From Actinomycetota bacterium (GTDB taxonomy: Bacteria; Actinomycetota; Acidimicrobiia; Acidimicrobiales; CAIXPF01), in the NCBI GenBank assembly GCA_016870475.1, contig VGBO01000002.1, positions 17,403 through 81,402 on the forward strand: a stretch of DNA of 64,000 bases, in the 5' to 3' direction. Shown here piece after piece: positions 11,455 through 20,962 of this stretch. Every line of letters begins with the position of its first letter. Positions within the stretch are counted from its first letter, which is position 1. The translations under genes were made by a program, and so were the position numbers. Below the pieces are notes generated by a model that made no database searches, was not told the origin of the DNA, and saw only the letters and a list, made by a program, of their open reading frames with translations.

Positions 11455-12210
11455 TCACCCTGCGGTGGTCGTGGTGGCGGCGGCCGTCGTGGTCGTCGCT
11501 GCGTCCGCCGTGGTCGTCGTCGCGCCGACGGCGGTGGTCGTCGTCACCGGCGCGACGTCGGTGAGCTGGTCGAGCAGCGGGATGCTCTCGGGTGCGGGGA
11601 CGTCGGCCTCGGTGCCGGCGGGGACGAACGCGAGGGTGAACGCCATGCGGTCCCGGACGAACCGCTCATCGGCGATGTCGGTGGTCACGAGGCGGGGGCC
11701 CCCCGACGGGTCGTCGGCGCTGTCCCAGACGGCGAGGACGATGGTCCCGGTGCCGCCGCTCGCGCACTCGGTCACACCCTCTTCGAGGGTGCTGCCGTCG
11801 GGGAGGGTGATCTTCGTGTCGGTCACCTTGAGGCCGACCTCGTCGAAGAACCGGCCGATCACCGCCCGCTTGCCGCTGCCGAGGGACGACGTCGGGTGGA
11901 TGTGGATGACGTTGTCGTTGTGGGAGTGGATCCCGACCCGGTCCTCGAGGGTGTCGACGAACGGTGCGTTGAAGGTCGTGCAGTTGTAGAGACCGAACGC
12001 GGCGTGCCAGTGGTCCTTCGTCACGCGGGGTTCGGTCGACTGGGCGCTGGCCCGCTGGCCGCGGCCGTAGAACACGAGGACGAGTCCGATGAGGACGATC
12101 GCGAGCACCGACAGCGGGTAGGTGCGGTCGCTGCGCTGACGGAGCGAGGAGCCCTTCGAGCTGCGGGCGACCTTGGCGAGCTTCTTGGTGGACGACGTGG
12201 AGGGTGCCAT
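11455..12210 (-). CDS. Membrane-anchored extracytoplasmic protein with His-rich motifs and Thr/Ala-rich tail (function unknown)
   Basis: ATG at 12210 with AGGAGG upstream. It has a TM anchor ('YPLSVLAIVLIGLVLVFY'), His-rich motifs ('HWHAAFGLYNC', 'GIHSHNDNVIHIHP') and the tail 'VTTTTAVGATTTTADAATTTTAAATTTTAG'. Confidence 0.7.
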   Translation of the reverse strand: MAPSTSSTKKLAKVARSSKGSSLRQRSDRTYPLSVLAIVLIGLVLVFYGRGQRASAQSTEPRVTKDHWHAAFGLYNCTTFNAPFVDTLEDRVGIHSHNDNVIHIHPTSSLGSGKRAVIGRFFDEVGLKVTDTKITLPDGSTLEEGVTECASGGTGTIVLAVWDSADDPSGGPRLVTTDIADERFVRDRMAFTLAFVPAGTEADVPAPESIPLLDQLTDVAPVTTTTAVGATTTTADAATTTTAAATTTTAG

Positions 12211-12248
12211 GACCCCTCCTAGGCTAGCGATCGGGCCGGGGTCGACCG

Positions 12249-13340
12249 TCAGCCGAGCGCTTCCCGGTACGCGTCGAGGGTCGCCGCGGCGGTGCGTTCC
12301 CAGGTGTAGGTGCCGGCGCGGCGCGCACCGGCGACGCCGAGCGCCGCGGCGCGGACGGGGTCCTCGAGCAGCCCGGCGACGGCGTCGCGCAGGGCCTCGA
12401 CGTCGGTCGGGTCGACGAGGACGGCGTCGGGGCCGGCCACCTCGGCCATCGCCGTGCCCGCCGAGGTGACCACGGGCGTTCCCTGCGCCATCGCCTCGAG
12501 GACCGGCAGGCCGAATCCTTCGAAGGTGGAGGGGTAGCAGAACACCGCGGCGCCCGCGTAGAGCGCGTCGCGCTCGGCTGCGGGCAGGAAACCGAGCACG
12601 TGGACCCGGTCGCCGAGGCCGGCGACGAGAGCGTCGACCTCCACGCCCCAACCGGCTGGGCCGACGAGGACGAGGTCGACGTCGTCGCGTCGGAGGCGTC
12701 GGACCGCCTCGACGAGGGTGGGGAGGTTCTTGCGGGGTTCGAGCGTCCCGACGGCGAGCACGTAGGGACGGTGCAGCCCGTGACGGGCCGTGGTCGCCGC
12801 GACCGCCGACGGGTCGACGGGTGCGGCGTGCACGCCGAGGGGGACCACCCGAAGTCGAGCGGGGTCGATCCCGGCGGCGGCACAGTCCTCACGGGTCGCC
12901 GCTGAGGAGCAGAGCACGAGATCTGCGTCGCTCGCCGTCCGTTCGAGCGCCCGGGCGAAAAAGCGACGCCCGTTGCGCGTGAAGGGGGTCGGGTCCCGCA
13001 GGAAGGCGAGGTCGTGCACCGTCACCACCAACGGAGCGCTCCGTGGGGGAACGGCGACGCCGGTGGCGTGGATCACCTCGACCGGTCCCGTCGCCCGCTG
13101 CACGGCGGGTCGGCGGAGCTCGTGCCAGGCCGTGTAGAGCGCGGGTCGTGGCAACGGGAGGTGCGCCACCCCGACGGTCGGCCGCCAGGGAGCCTCCGGG
13201 GGCCGACGGTGCCGGGCCGCCACACCGAGGATCGTGACGTCGTCGATGCCGTCGAGGACGTCGGCGACCTCGAGCGCGGCGCGCGCCGTGCCGCCGGGAA
13301 CCCGGTGCCAGCACTGCTCGAGTGTGTAGGCGACGCGCAC
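12249..13340 (-). CDS. GT4 (group 1) glycosyltransferase
   Basis: 'VLAVGTLEPRKN', 'CYPSTFEGFGLPVLEAMAQGTPVV'. Confidence 0.88.
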   Translation of the reverse strand: MRVAYTLEQCWHRVPGGTARAALEVADVLDGIDDVTILGVAARHRRPPEAPWRPTVGVAHLPLPRPALYTAWHELRRPAVQRATGPVEVIHATGVAVPPRSAPLVVTVHDLAFLRDPTPFTRNGRRFFARALERTASDADLVLCSSAATREDCAAAGIDPARLRVVPLGVHAAPVDPSAVAATTARHGLHRPYVLAVGTLEPRKNLPTLVEAVRRLRRDDVDLVLVGPAGWGVEVDALVAGLGDRVHVLGFLPAAERDALYAGAAVFCYPSTFEGFGLPVLEAMAQGTPVVTSAGTAMAEVAGPDAVLVDPTDVEALRDAVAGLLEDPVRAAALGVAGARRAGTYTWERTAAATLDAYREALG

Positions 13341-13352
13341 CCTCCCAGGGTG

Positions 13353-14291
13353 TCAGAGCGTGAGGGTCGAGGCGAACCAGTCGCTCGTCCGCCGCAGCCC
13401 CTCGCGTAGCGGGGTCGCGGGCAGCGTGCCGAACAGACTCCGGGCGAGGGTCAGGTCGGGCCGCCGCCGGGCAGGGTCGTCGGGCGGGACGGGGACGTAC
13501 TGCAGGGGAGCGGTCGAACCGGTCACGTCGAGCACGAGCGCCGCCAGGTCGTCGAGTCGCACCTCCTGATCGCTGCCGAGGTTCACCAGACCGACGTGGT
13601 CGACGTCGAGGAGCGCGAGGAGCAACCGCACCTCTTCGTCGACGTAGGCGAAGCTCCGGGTCCTGCTCCCGTCACCGCAGACGGTGAGCAGCTCACCGCG
13701 TAGCGCCTGCGCGATGAGCGTCGGCACGACCCGCCCGTCGTCGGCACGCAGTCGCGGGCCGTAGGTGTTGAAGATCCGGGCGATGCGGACGTCGAGCCCA
13801 TGGCGTCGGTGGTAGGCGACGGTGAGCGCCTCGGCGAACCGTTTGGCCTCGTCGTATATGCTGCGCGGCCCGACCGGGTCGACGCTCCCCCGGTAGCTCT
13901 CCGGCTGCGGGTGCACCTCGGGGTCGCCGTAGACCTACGACGTCGAGGCGAGCAGGAACCGCGCACCGTGGCGGAGCGCGAGGTCGAGCGCCCGACGGGT
14001 GCCGACCGACCCCGCCGCGAGGGTCTCGACGGAGAGGCGGCGGTAGTGGACGGGCGACGCCGGTGACGCTAGGTGGGCGACGACGTCCACGGGGCCGTCG
14101 ACCGGAAGGGCACGAGTCACGTCCGCCCGGACGAACCGGAACCCCGGGTCGGCGGCGTGGTGCAGGAGGTTCGTGAAGCGCCCGGTCGAGAGGTCGTCGA
14201 CCGCGGTCACGCGGTCGCCCCGGGCGAGGAATGCATCGCAGAGATGGCTTCCGGGGAACCCGGCTCCGCCGGTCACGACGACATGCGCCAC
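13353..14291 (-). pseudogene. UDP-glucuronate decarboxylase (UXS-type SDR) interrupted by one in-frame TAG
   Basis: Track ORFs 13935..14291 and 13353..13916 share one frame. Read through, the sequence gives 'VVVTGGAGFPGSHL...FLLASTS[TAG]VYGDPEVHPQPESYRGSVDPVGPRSIYDEAKRFAE...'. The TAG (13935-13937) replaces the Glu of the conserved STSEVYG motif (GAG to TAG). Confidence 0.8.
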
Positions 14292-14297
14292 GGTCCG

Positions 14298-15575
14298 TCA
14301 GCTCCGGCCGATGCCGCGGTAGGTGAACCCGAGCCGCCGCAGTTCGTCACGGTCGAGCAGGTTGCGGGCATCGACGACGTTGCGGGCGGCGAGCAGCTCC
14401 GCCACCTTGCCGAGGTCGGCGTCGCGGAGCTCGTCCCACTCGGTGAGCACGACGAGGAACCGCGCCCCCTCGCACGCCGCGTACGGGTCGTCGGCGATCT
14501 CGACGTCCAAGCCTCGCGGTGGTCGCCGCACCGTCGGGTCGTAGGCGCACACGGTCGCACCGGCGTCGGCGAGTCGGCGCACGATCTCGGTGGCCGGTGA
14601 CCCGCGAAGGTCGTCGGTATCGGCCTTGAAGGTGAGCCCCCAGGCGGCGATCCGCACGCCGGCGACCGAGCCACCGGCGAGTGCGGTGACCTTGTCGACG
14701 ACCCGATCGAACTGCTCCCGGTTCGCTTCGACGGCGTGCCGCAGCAGGCGGAAGTCGAAGCCGTGGTCGGCGGCGATGGCGAGCAACGCGTCGGTCTCCT
14801 TCGGGAAGCACGACCCGCCCCACCCGGGACCCGGGCGCAGGAAGTCGTGGCCGATCCGACGGTCGTGCCCCATGCCGCAGAGCACGTCGTCGACGTCGTC
14901 GCCGACGGCCTCGCACAGCGCGGCGATGCCGTTGCAGAAGCTGAGGCGGGTGGCGAGGAACGCGTTCGACACGTACTTGGTGGTCTCGGCGGAGACCGGG
15001 TCGGTGAGGACCACGGGCACACCGTCGGGGGCGTGGAGCGCAGCGACCCGCCGGGCGGCCGAGCGGTCCGTCGACCCCACGACCACACGGTCGGGGCGCA
15101 GGAAGTCGGCGACCGCGGCACCCTCGCACAAGAACTCCGGGTTCGACACGACCGCGACGTCGGCCCGACCGAGCGCCTCGACGACCCGGTGGCTCGGGCC
15201 GACCGGAACGGTCGACTTCGTCACCACGACGGCACCCGGCTCGAGGTGCGGGCCGATCGTGCGGGCCGCCGTGGTCACCGACGACAGGTCGTCGGAACCG
15301 TCGGCGCGACGCGGGGTGGGCAGGCAGAGGTAGACGAACTCGGCGCCGTCGACGCCGGCGGCTGGATCATCGGTGAACCGGAGCCGACCGGCGGCGCAGG
15401 CCGACGCGACGATCCCGTCGAGGTCGGGTTCGTGGACCGGGAGCCCTCCACCGCGCAGTCGCGCCACCTTGTCGACGTCGACGTCGGCACAGGTGACCGA
15501 GTGGCCGAGGCGTGCGAGGCACGCCCCGGTGGTGAGTCCGACGTACCCGCTGCCGACGACCGCGATCCGAGCCAT
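14298..15575 (-). CDS. ugd: UDP-glucose 6-dehydrogenase
   Basis: ATG at 15575 with GGGAGGAGG upstream. 'MARIAVVGSGYVGLTTGACLA', 'SNPEFLCEGAAV', 'GWGGSCFPKE' and 'GLTFKADTDDLRGSP'. Confidence 0.93.
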   Translation of the reverse strand: MARIAVVGSGYVGLTTGACLARLGHSVTCADVDVDKVARLRGGGLPVHEPDLDGIVASACAAGRLRFTDDPAAGVDGAEFVYLCLPTPRRADGSDDLSSVTTAARTIGPHLEPGAVVVTKSTVPVGPSHRVVEALGRADVAVVSNPEFLCEGAAVADFLRPDRVVVGSTDRSAARRVAALHAPDGVPVVLTDPVSAETTKYVSNAFLATRLSFCNGIAALCEAVGDDVDDVLCGMGHDRRIGHDFLRPGPGWGGSCFPKETDALLAIAADHGFDFRLLRHAVEANREQFDRVVDKVTALAGGSVAGVRIAAWGLTFKADTDDLRGSPATEIVRRLADAGATVCAYDPTVRRPPRGLDVEIADDPYAACEGARFLVVLTEWDELRDADLGKVAELLAARNVVDARNLLDRDELRRLGFTYRGIGRS

Positions 15576-15661
15576 CCGATCCTCCTCCCGTCGCCCCTCC
15601 GGACGATCGGTCGGATGTCCCCCCCGAGGCGGGGCGCAACCACGCCCGCCCGACGGCGGGT

Positions 15662-16891
15662 TCAGCGGCAGATGGTCGTCGCGTCGCCGGTGGGGACGAT
15701 GCCGTAGCGCGGTGCCGTGGTCGACGGCGACGACCCGGCCCCGGGGGCGGTCGTCACGACCGGCGCCGTGGTCGTGGTCGGACCGGTCGAGACGGGGGCG
15801 GGCACGTCCTCGGGACGTCCGACCCCCCGGAACAGGTCGAGGATCGGTTCGGCGTCCCGGGTGACGAGCCGCACGATCGATGCCCCCGCCGCGGACGTGT
15901 CGAAGGTGACGGGGAGGGAGTAGGTCTGCAACTGCGCGGGCTCGAAGGAGCGGTACGCGGTCACGAGGTCGAGGATGCGGCCGGCGTCGAGGCCGTCGTC
16001 GACGACGATGCCGTCGAGGCCGGTGTCCACGAGCCGCTTCGCCGTGACGGGGTTGCGCAGGCCCCGGTCGACGGCACGTTCGAGGGCGCGTCGCACGAAG
16101 TCCTGCTGTCGGCTGATCCGCCCGAGGTCGGACGTCGGGTCGGCGACCCACCGTCCGGTCCGCGCGTCGAGGTACTCGAGGTGCCGGCTGCGGACGTAGG
16201 CGAGCGACCGCGCACCGTCGAAGGTGACACAACCCGGCTCCTCGACGAGCAGCCCCGTGTACCCGTCACGCACGCCGGAGACGAGCGGGACGCGCACGCC
16301 GCCCACGACGTCGACGAGGCGTTCGAACTGGGCGAAGTCCACCTGCACGTAGTGGTCGATGGGAATGTCGAAGTTCTCGCTGATCGTCTCGATCAGCAGC
16401 TCCGGACCGCCGGTCGGCAGCGCGGCGTTGATCTTCTCGAACCAGCCGCGGTCACCCATCTCGACCCAGAGGTCGCGGGGGAACGACAGCAGCCAGGCGG
16501 ACGTCGTCGCCGGTTCGATCCGCAGCACCATGATCGTGTCCGACCGCAGCGACCCGCTCAGGCCCGCCGCGTCACGCTGGGCCCGCACGTCGTCGCCCGC
16601 GGCGAACCCGTCGGCGCTGTCGACGCCCACGATCAGCACGTTGCGCGGCGACCCGGGCTCCACCGCTGCGGCCCCGGTACCGCCGAGCGCGCGGCTCAGA
16701 TCGACCGTGCGCAGGCGACCGGCGGTCCCCTCGGCGGCGACCACGACCCCGGCCATGGCGACGCAGCTCAGCGTGAGCAGCACGCCGACGGCGATCAGTA
16801 CCTGCTGGCTCGTCGTGCGCCGGAGCGGGACGTCGGCTGCGGCGGGGTCGGGCACGTTCCGCGATGCTAGCGACGGGTCTCGGGCGTCCAC
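15662..16891 (-). CDS. LCP (LytR-CpsA-Psr) family cell-wall glycopolymer ligase
   Basis: N-terminal TM helix, 'NVLIVGVDS', 'RSDTIMVLRI', 'LSFPRDLWV' and 'HYVQVDFAQFERLVDVVGGV', with a Thr-rich C-terminus. Confidence 0.88.
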   Translation of the reverse strand: MDARDPSLASRNVPDPAAADVPLRRTTSQQVLIAVGVLLTLSCVAMAGVVVAAEGTAGRLRTVDLSRALGGTGAAAVEPGSPRNVLIVGVDSADGFAAGDDVRAQRDAAGLSGSLRSDTIMVLRIEPATTSAWLLSFPRDLWVEMGDRGWFEKINAALPTGGPELLIETISENFDIPIDHYVQVDFAQFERLVDVVGGVRVPLVSGVRDGYTGLLVEEPGCVTFDGARSLAYVRSRHLEYLDARTGRWVADPTSDLGRISRQQDFVRRALERAVDRGLRNPVTAKRLVDTGLDGIVVDDGLDAGRILDLVTAYRSFEPAQLQTYSLPVTFDTSAAGASIVRLVTRDAEPILDLFRGVGRPEDVPAPVSTGPTTTTAPVVTTAPGAGSSPSTTAPRYGIVPTGDATTICR

Positions 16892-17749
16892 TCAGCCGGT
16901 CGCGCGCAGGTGCGAGACGTCCGCCGAGCTGAATGTCCGGACCTCCCCGTCGAGGTCCACCATCAGGTGCCCCTCGGCGGTCACGTCGACGGCCCGTCCC
17001 TCGAGCGGCGCCCCACCACCGGGCAGCTCGAGCCGCACCCGTCGGCCGATCGTGCAGGACGCTGCCCGGTAGGCGTCGAGCAGCACCGTGCCGTCGTTGT
17101 CCTCGTCGGAGGCGAGCTCGTCGAGGCGGACGGCGAAGCGTCGGAGCAGCACCGCGAGCAGTTCGCCGCGGTCGAGGGGGCGACCGGCGAGACGGTCGAG
17201 GGAGACGGCGCGCTCACCGAGGTCGGTCGGCACCTCGGCCGGCCAGTTGACGTTCATGCCCATGCCGACGACGACGGCGTCGACCCGGGCCCCCTCGAGG
17301 CGGGATTCGGCGAGGATCCCGGCGAGCTTCCGCTCGACCGGTCCGTCGATCCCGTCGACGGTGGCGAACACGTCGTTCGGCCACTTGAGACCGACGGTGC
17401 GGCCGGTCAGCGCGTGCACCGCATCGACCGCGGCGAGACCGAACGCCATCGTGATGCGATGGACCCGGTCGACCGCCAGCCGGGGGCGCACGAGGACCGA
17501 CGCGAGCAGCGAGCCGCCGGGTGGATCGAACCAGGTCCGTCCCTTCGTCCCGCGTCCGGCGGTCTGGTGGTCGGCGGCGAGCACGGTGCCATCGGGGGCG
17601 CCTCGGGTAGCGGCGTCGAGGAGCAGCGTGTTCGTCGAACCCGCCTCGACGACCCAGTCGAGCCGGGCGAACCGGGTGCCGGCCAGCGCGGCGCGCGTGG
17701 GCTCCTCGAGCTCGGATCTCGCACCGAGGGGCTCGGATCGGCTAGTCAT
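16892..17749 (-). CDS. birA: Biotin-[acetyl-CoA-carboxylase] ligase (class I, no DNA-binding domain)
   Basis: 'EAGSTNTLL', 'ADHQTAGRGTKGRTW', 'LKWPNDV' and 'KLAGILAE'. Confidence 0.9.
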   Translation of the reverse strand: MTSRSEPLGARSELEEPTRAALAGTRFARLDWVVEAGSTNTLLLDAATRGAPDGTVLAADHQTAGRGTKGRTWFDPPGGSLLASVLVRPRLAVDRVHRITMAFGLAAVDAVHALTGRTVGLKWPNDVFATVDGIDGPVERKLAGILAESRLEGARVDAVVVGMGMNVNWPAEVPTDLGERAVSLDRLAGRPLDRGELLAVLLRRFAVRLDELASDEDNDGTVLLDAYRAASCTIGRRVRLELPGGGAPLEGRAVDVTAEGHLMVDLDGEVRTFSSADVSHLRATG

Positions 17750-17754
17750 TACGC

Positions 17755-19533
17755 GTGTTTTCCAAGGTGCTCATCGCCAACCGCGGGGAAATCGCCGTCC
17801 GGATCATCCGGGCCTGTCGTGAACTCGGGATCCCGACCGTAGCGGTCTACTCCGAGCTCGACCGCGACGCCCTGCACGTCCGACTCGCCGACGAGGCGTT
17901 CGCTCTGGGCGGCAGGACCGCCGCCGAGAGCTACCTGAACACCGAGGCGATCCTCGACGCGATCGCCCGGTCGGGTGCCGACGCCGTCCACCCGGGGTAC
18001 GGGTTCTTCTCCGAAAACGCCGACTTCGCCCGGGCGATCACCGAACGCGGGGTGACCTTCATCGGTCCGCCGCCGGAGGCGATCGAGGTCATGGGCGACA
18101 AGATCTCGGCCCGTCTCGCCGCCGCCCGTGGTGGCGTGTCCGGTGTGCCCGGCACGACGGAGTTCATCACCGACGCGTCGCAGGTCGTCGCGTTCGGCAA
18201 GGAGTTCGGCTACCCGATCGCCATCAAGGCGGCGTACGGCGGCGGCGGCCGCGGGATGAAGGTCGTGCCCGACGAGGCGTCGATCCCGTCCGCGATCGAG
18301 TCCGCCCAGCGGGAGTCGAAGGCCTATTTCGGTCGCGACGAGATCTACATGGAGCGGTACCTCGAGAAGCCGCGCCACATCGAGATCCAGGTCTTCGGCG
18401 ACAAGCACGGCAACTACGTGTACCTCGCCGAGCGCGACTGCTCGGCGCAGCGTCGCCACCAGAAGCTCATCGAGGAGGCACCGGCGCCGGGTCTGCCCGA
18501 CGCGGTCCGCGCGGCGATGGGCGAGGCGGCGGTCGCGGTCGCCCGGGCGTGCGGCTACACGAACGCCGGCACCTGCGAGTTCCTCTTCCAGGACGGCGAG
18601 TTCTTCTTCCTCGAGATGAACACGCGCCTCCAGGTCGAGCATCCGGCCACGGAGCTCGTCACCGGGCTCGACCTCGTCGAATGGCAGCTCTGCGTCGCGG
18701 CGGGCGAGAAGCTCCCGCTCAGCCAGGAGCAGGTCACCGTGACCGGCCATGCAATCGAGGTGCGCATCAACGCCGAGGATCCGGCGGGCGGACGGTTCAT
18801 GCCGTCGCCGGGCCCGATCACGAAGCTCCGGGTGCCCTCCGGCTACGGCGTCCGCTGGGACGGCGGGTACGAGGCCGGCGACGAGATCAGCCAGTACTAC
18901 GACAACCTCGTCGGCAAGCTCATCTGCTGGGGTCGTAACCGTGACGTGGCGATCGCCCGCACGATCCGCGCGCTGCGCGAGTTCGGGATCGCCGGTGTGG
19001 CGACCACGATCCCCGCCGACATCGCGATCCTCGAGCACCCCGACTTCTCGGCGATCGAGCACTCCACGAAGTGGGTCGAGACCACGCTCGACCTGTCCGG
19101 GATCGCCTCCGACAAGGGCGAGCCCGCCGCACCCGCCACCGAGGACGGCGAGGCGCCCCGCGTGCGGCGCACCGTCGACGTCGAGGTCGACGGCAAGCGG
19201 TTCAGCGTCGCCATGTGGGTGCCCGAGTCGGCGCCGGTGGTCGCAGTCGCGGGCGGCGGCGGTGCCGCAGCCCGTGCGCCCCGGCCGCGCCGCAGCGGCT
19301 CCGGCGGTTCGGGCGGCGGTTCCGGAAACGTCGCCGTGCCGATGCAGGGGACGATCGTCAAGGTCCTCGTCGCCGAGGGCGACGTGGTCGAGGCCGGTCA
19401 GACGGTGTGCGTGCTCGAGGCGATGAAGATGGAGAACAACATCGCCGCAGAGAAGGCCGGCACCGTGAAGGCCGTCAAGGTCTCCCCCGGCGACACCGTC
19501 GGTTCGGGCGACATCGTCGTCGTCATCGAGTGA
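17755..19533 (+). CDS. Acyl-CoA carboxylase alpha subunit (biotin carboxylase + BCCP)
   Basis: 'KVLIANRGEIAVRIIRA', 'HPGYGFFSEN', 'KAAYGGGGRGMKVV', 'EMNTRLQVEHPATE' and the biotinylation motif 'LEAMKMEN'. Confidence 0.95.
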   Translation: MFSKVLIANRGEIAVRIIRACRELGIPTVAVYSELDRDALHVRLADEAFALGGRTAAESYLNTEAILDAIARSGADAVHPGYGFFSENADFARAITERGVTFIGPPPEAIEVMGDKISARLAAARGGVSGVPGTTEFITDASQVVAFGKEFGYPIAIKAAYGGGGRGMKVVPDEASIPSAIESAQRESKAYFGRDEIYMERYLEKPRHIEIQVFGDKHGNYVYLAERDCSAQRRHQKLIEEAPAPGLPDAVRAAMGEAAVAVARACGYTNAGTCEFLFQDGEFFFLEMNTRLQVEHPATELVTGLDLVEWQLCVAAGEKLPLSQEQVTVTGHAIEVRINAEDPAGGRFMPSPGPITKLRVPSGYGVRWDGGYEAGDEISQYYDNLVGKLICWGRNRDVAIARTIRALREFGIAGVATTIPADIAILEHPDFSAIEHSTKWVETTLDLSGIASDKGEPAAPATEDGEAPRVRRTVDVEVDGKRFSVAMWVPESAPVVAVAGGGGAAARAPRPRRSGSGGSGGGSGNVAVPMQGTIVKVLVAEGDVVEAGQTVCVLEAMKMENNIAAEKAGTVKAVKVSPGDTVGSGDIVVVIE

Positions 19534-19551
19534 GTCCTGCCGCCGGTGCCG

Positions 19552-20928
19552 TCACTCGGCGGCATCGGCGAGCAGCTCCGACAGCGAGGGGTGCACGAGC
19601 AGCGAGTCGAGGATGTCCCCGACCCGCAGGCGGTTCGTGACCGCCACCGCGATGACCGAGATCAGTTCGGCGGCGTTGCGGCCGACGATCGACCCGCCGA
19701 GGATCACCCCGGTGACCGGGTCGGACAGGATCTTCACGAACCCGCGCGTGTCGTTGTCGATCAACGCCTTCGGTGAGGAGGCGTAGGGCACCTTCGTGAC
19801 CCGTATCTTCCGCCCGGTCGCGAACGCCTCCGCCTCGGGGAGGCCGACATCGGCGATCTCCGGTTCGGTGAAGATCGCCGAGGCGGCCATGTCGTAGTCG
19901 AGGTGGCGGTGTTCGAGCGCATGGAGTCCCATCACGTGCTCGGCGATCTTGCGTCCCTGCATCGACGCCACCGACGACAACGGCAGCTTCCCGGACACGT
20001 CGCCGGCCACGTAGACGTGGGAGACGTTGGTCTGGAGGTGGTGTCCGACGGTGATGGGGAACCCCCGCTCGTCGAGCTGCACGCCCGCCGCGTCGAGACC
20101 GATCCCGTCGACGTTGGGCACCGAGCCGATCGCGAGCAGCACGTGGCTTCCGGTGACGACCCGTCCGTCGCCGCAGAGGATGCGGAGGGCGTCGGCGCCG
20201 TCGGATCCGGTGCGTTCGATCCCGGTGGCCTTCGCCCCCTTGAGCAGGGCGACGCCTCGTGCGAGGAAGTTCTCCTCGAGCGCGGCGGCGACCTCGGCGT
20301 CCTTGGCGGGCAGCACCTGCTGGCGGGACACGATGAGCGTCACCTTGGAGCCGAGCGAGGCGAACATGTGCACGAACTCCACGCCGGTCACACCGGAGCC
20401 GATGACGACGAGGTGCTCGGGGAGGGTCCGAGGCGGATACGCGTCGCGGGTGGTGAGGATCCGGTCGCCGTCGGGTTCGGCCCAGTCGGGGATGCGCGGC
20501 CGGCTGCCGGTTGCGACGAGGACGGCGTCGGCGTCGAGGGTGACGGGCCCCTCTGCGGTGTCGACCGTCACCTGGTTCGGCCCCACGAACCGACCGGTCC
20601 CCCGGTTCAGGGTGACGCCCTGGCTGCGCAGCAGGTCGCTCGTGGCACCCTCGAGCCGGTCGACGATGCCCCCGATCCGTCTCCGGAGCGCGTCGAGGTC
20701 GACCGTTCCCTCCCCCGCGACGAGACCGAACCCCCCGGACCGGCGCAGGAACGCCATCGCCCCGCCGGTGGCGATCATCGCCTTGGAGGGGATGCAGTCC
20801 CACAGGTGGGCGGCACCCCCGACGACGTCACGTTCGACGACGGTGACGTCGGCACCGAGCCGCGCCGCATACGTTGCCGCCTGGTGTCCGGCGGGACCCC
20901 CGCCGAGGATCACGAACCGCAGGGCCAT
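19552..20928 (-). CDS. LpdA-type flavoprotein disulfide-reductase homologue lacking one redox Cys (NAD(P)H-quinone reductase-like)
   Basis: 'FVILGGGPAGHQAA'. The 'VGGAAHLWDCIPSK' motif has only one Cys of the usual CxxxxC pair. 'VVIGSGVTGVEF' is also present. Confidence 0.8.
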   Translation of the reverse strand: MALRFVILGGGPAGHQAATYAARLGADVTVVERDVVGGAAHLWDCIPSKAMIATGGAMAFLRRSGGFGLVAGEGTVDLDALRRRIGGIVDRLEGATSDLLRSQGVTLNRGTGRFVGPNQVTVDTAEGPVTLDADAVLVATGSRPRIPDWAEPDGDRILTTRDAYPPRTLPEHLVVIGSGVTGVEFVHMFASLGSKVTLIVSRQQVLPAKDAEVAAALEENFLARGVALLKGAKATGIERTGSDGADALRILCGDGRVVTGSHVLLAIGSVPNVDGIGLDAAGVQLDERGFPITVGHHLQTNVSHVYVAGDVSGKLPLSSVASMQGRKIAEHVMGLHALEHRHLDYDMAASAIFTEPEIADVGLPEAEAFATGRKIRVTKVPYASSPKALIDNDTRGFVKILSDPVTGVILGGSIVGRNAAELISVIAVAVTNRLRVGDILDSLLVHPSLSELLADAAE

Positions 20929-20962
20929 GGCCGCAGGCTATCGGCGGCCCGCCGCGACGCTC

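Noticed and set aside
11455-11570. Short GTGGTCGTCG-like direct repeats that could suggest a repeat array or CRISPR.
   Set aside because: They lie inside a coding frame and simply encode the Thr/Ala-rich tail of the 11455..12210 protein. There is no spacer/repeat periodicity and no cas genes.
13935-13937. The in-frame TAG in the UXS gene as a pyrrolysine codon.
   Set aside because: No pyl genes or methylamine-methyltransferase context are present. The codon replaces a conserved catalytic Glu by a single G-to-T change. A nonsense mutation or sequencing error is far more likely.
19534-19565. Weak inverted repeat (GCCGCC...GGCGGC) between the convergent carboxylase and lpdA-like genes as a terminator.
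   Set aside because: The stem is only 6 bp with a ~13-nt loop and no U-tract, and it overlaps coding sequence. It is indistinguishable from background in this GC content.
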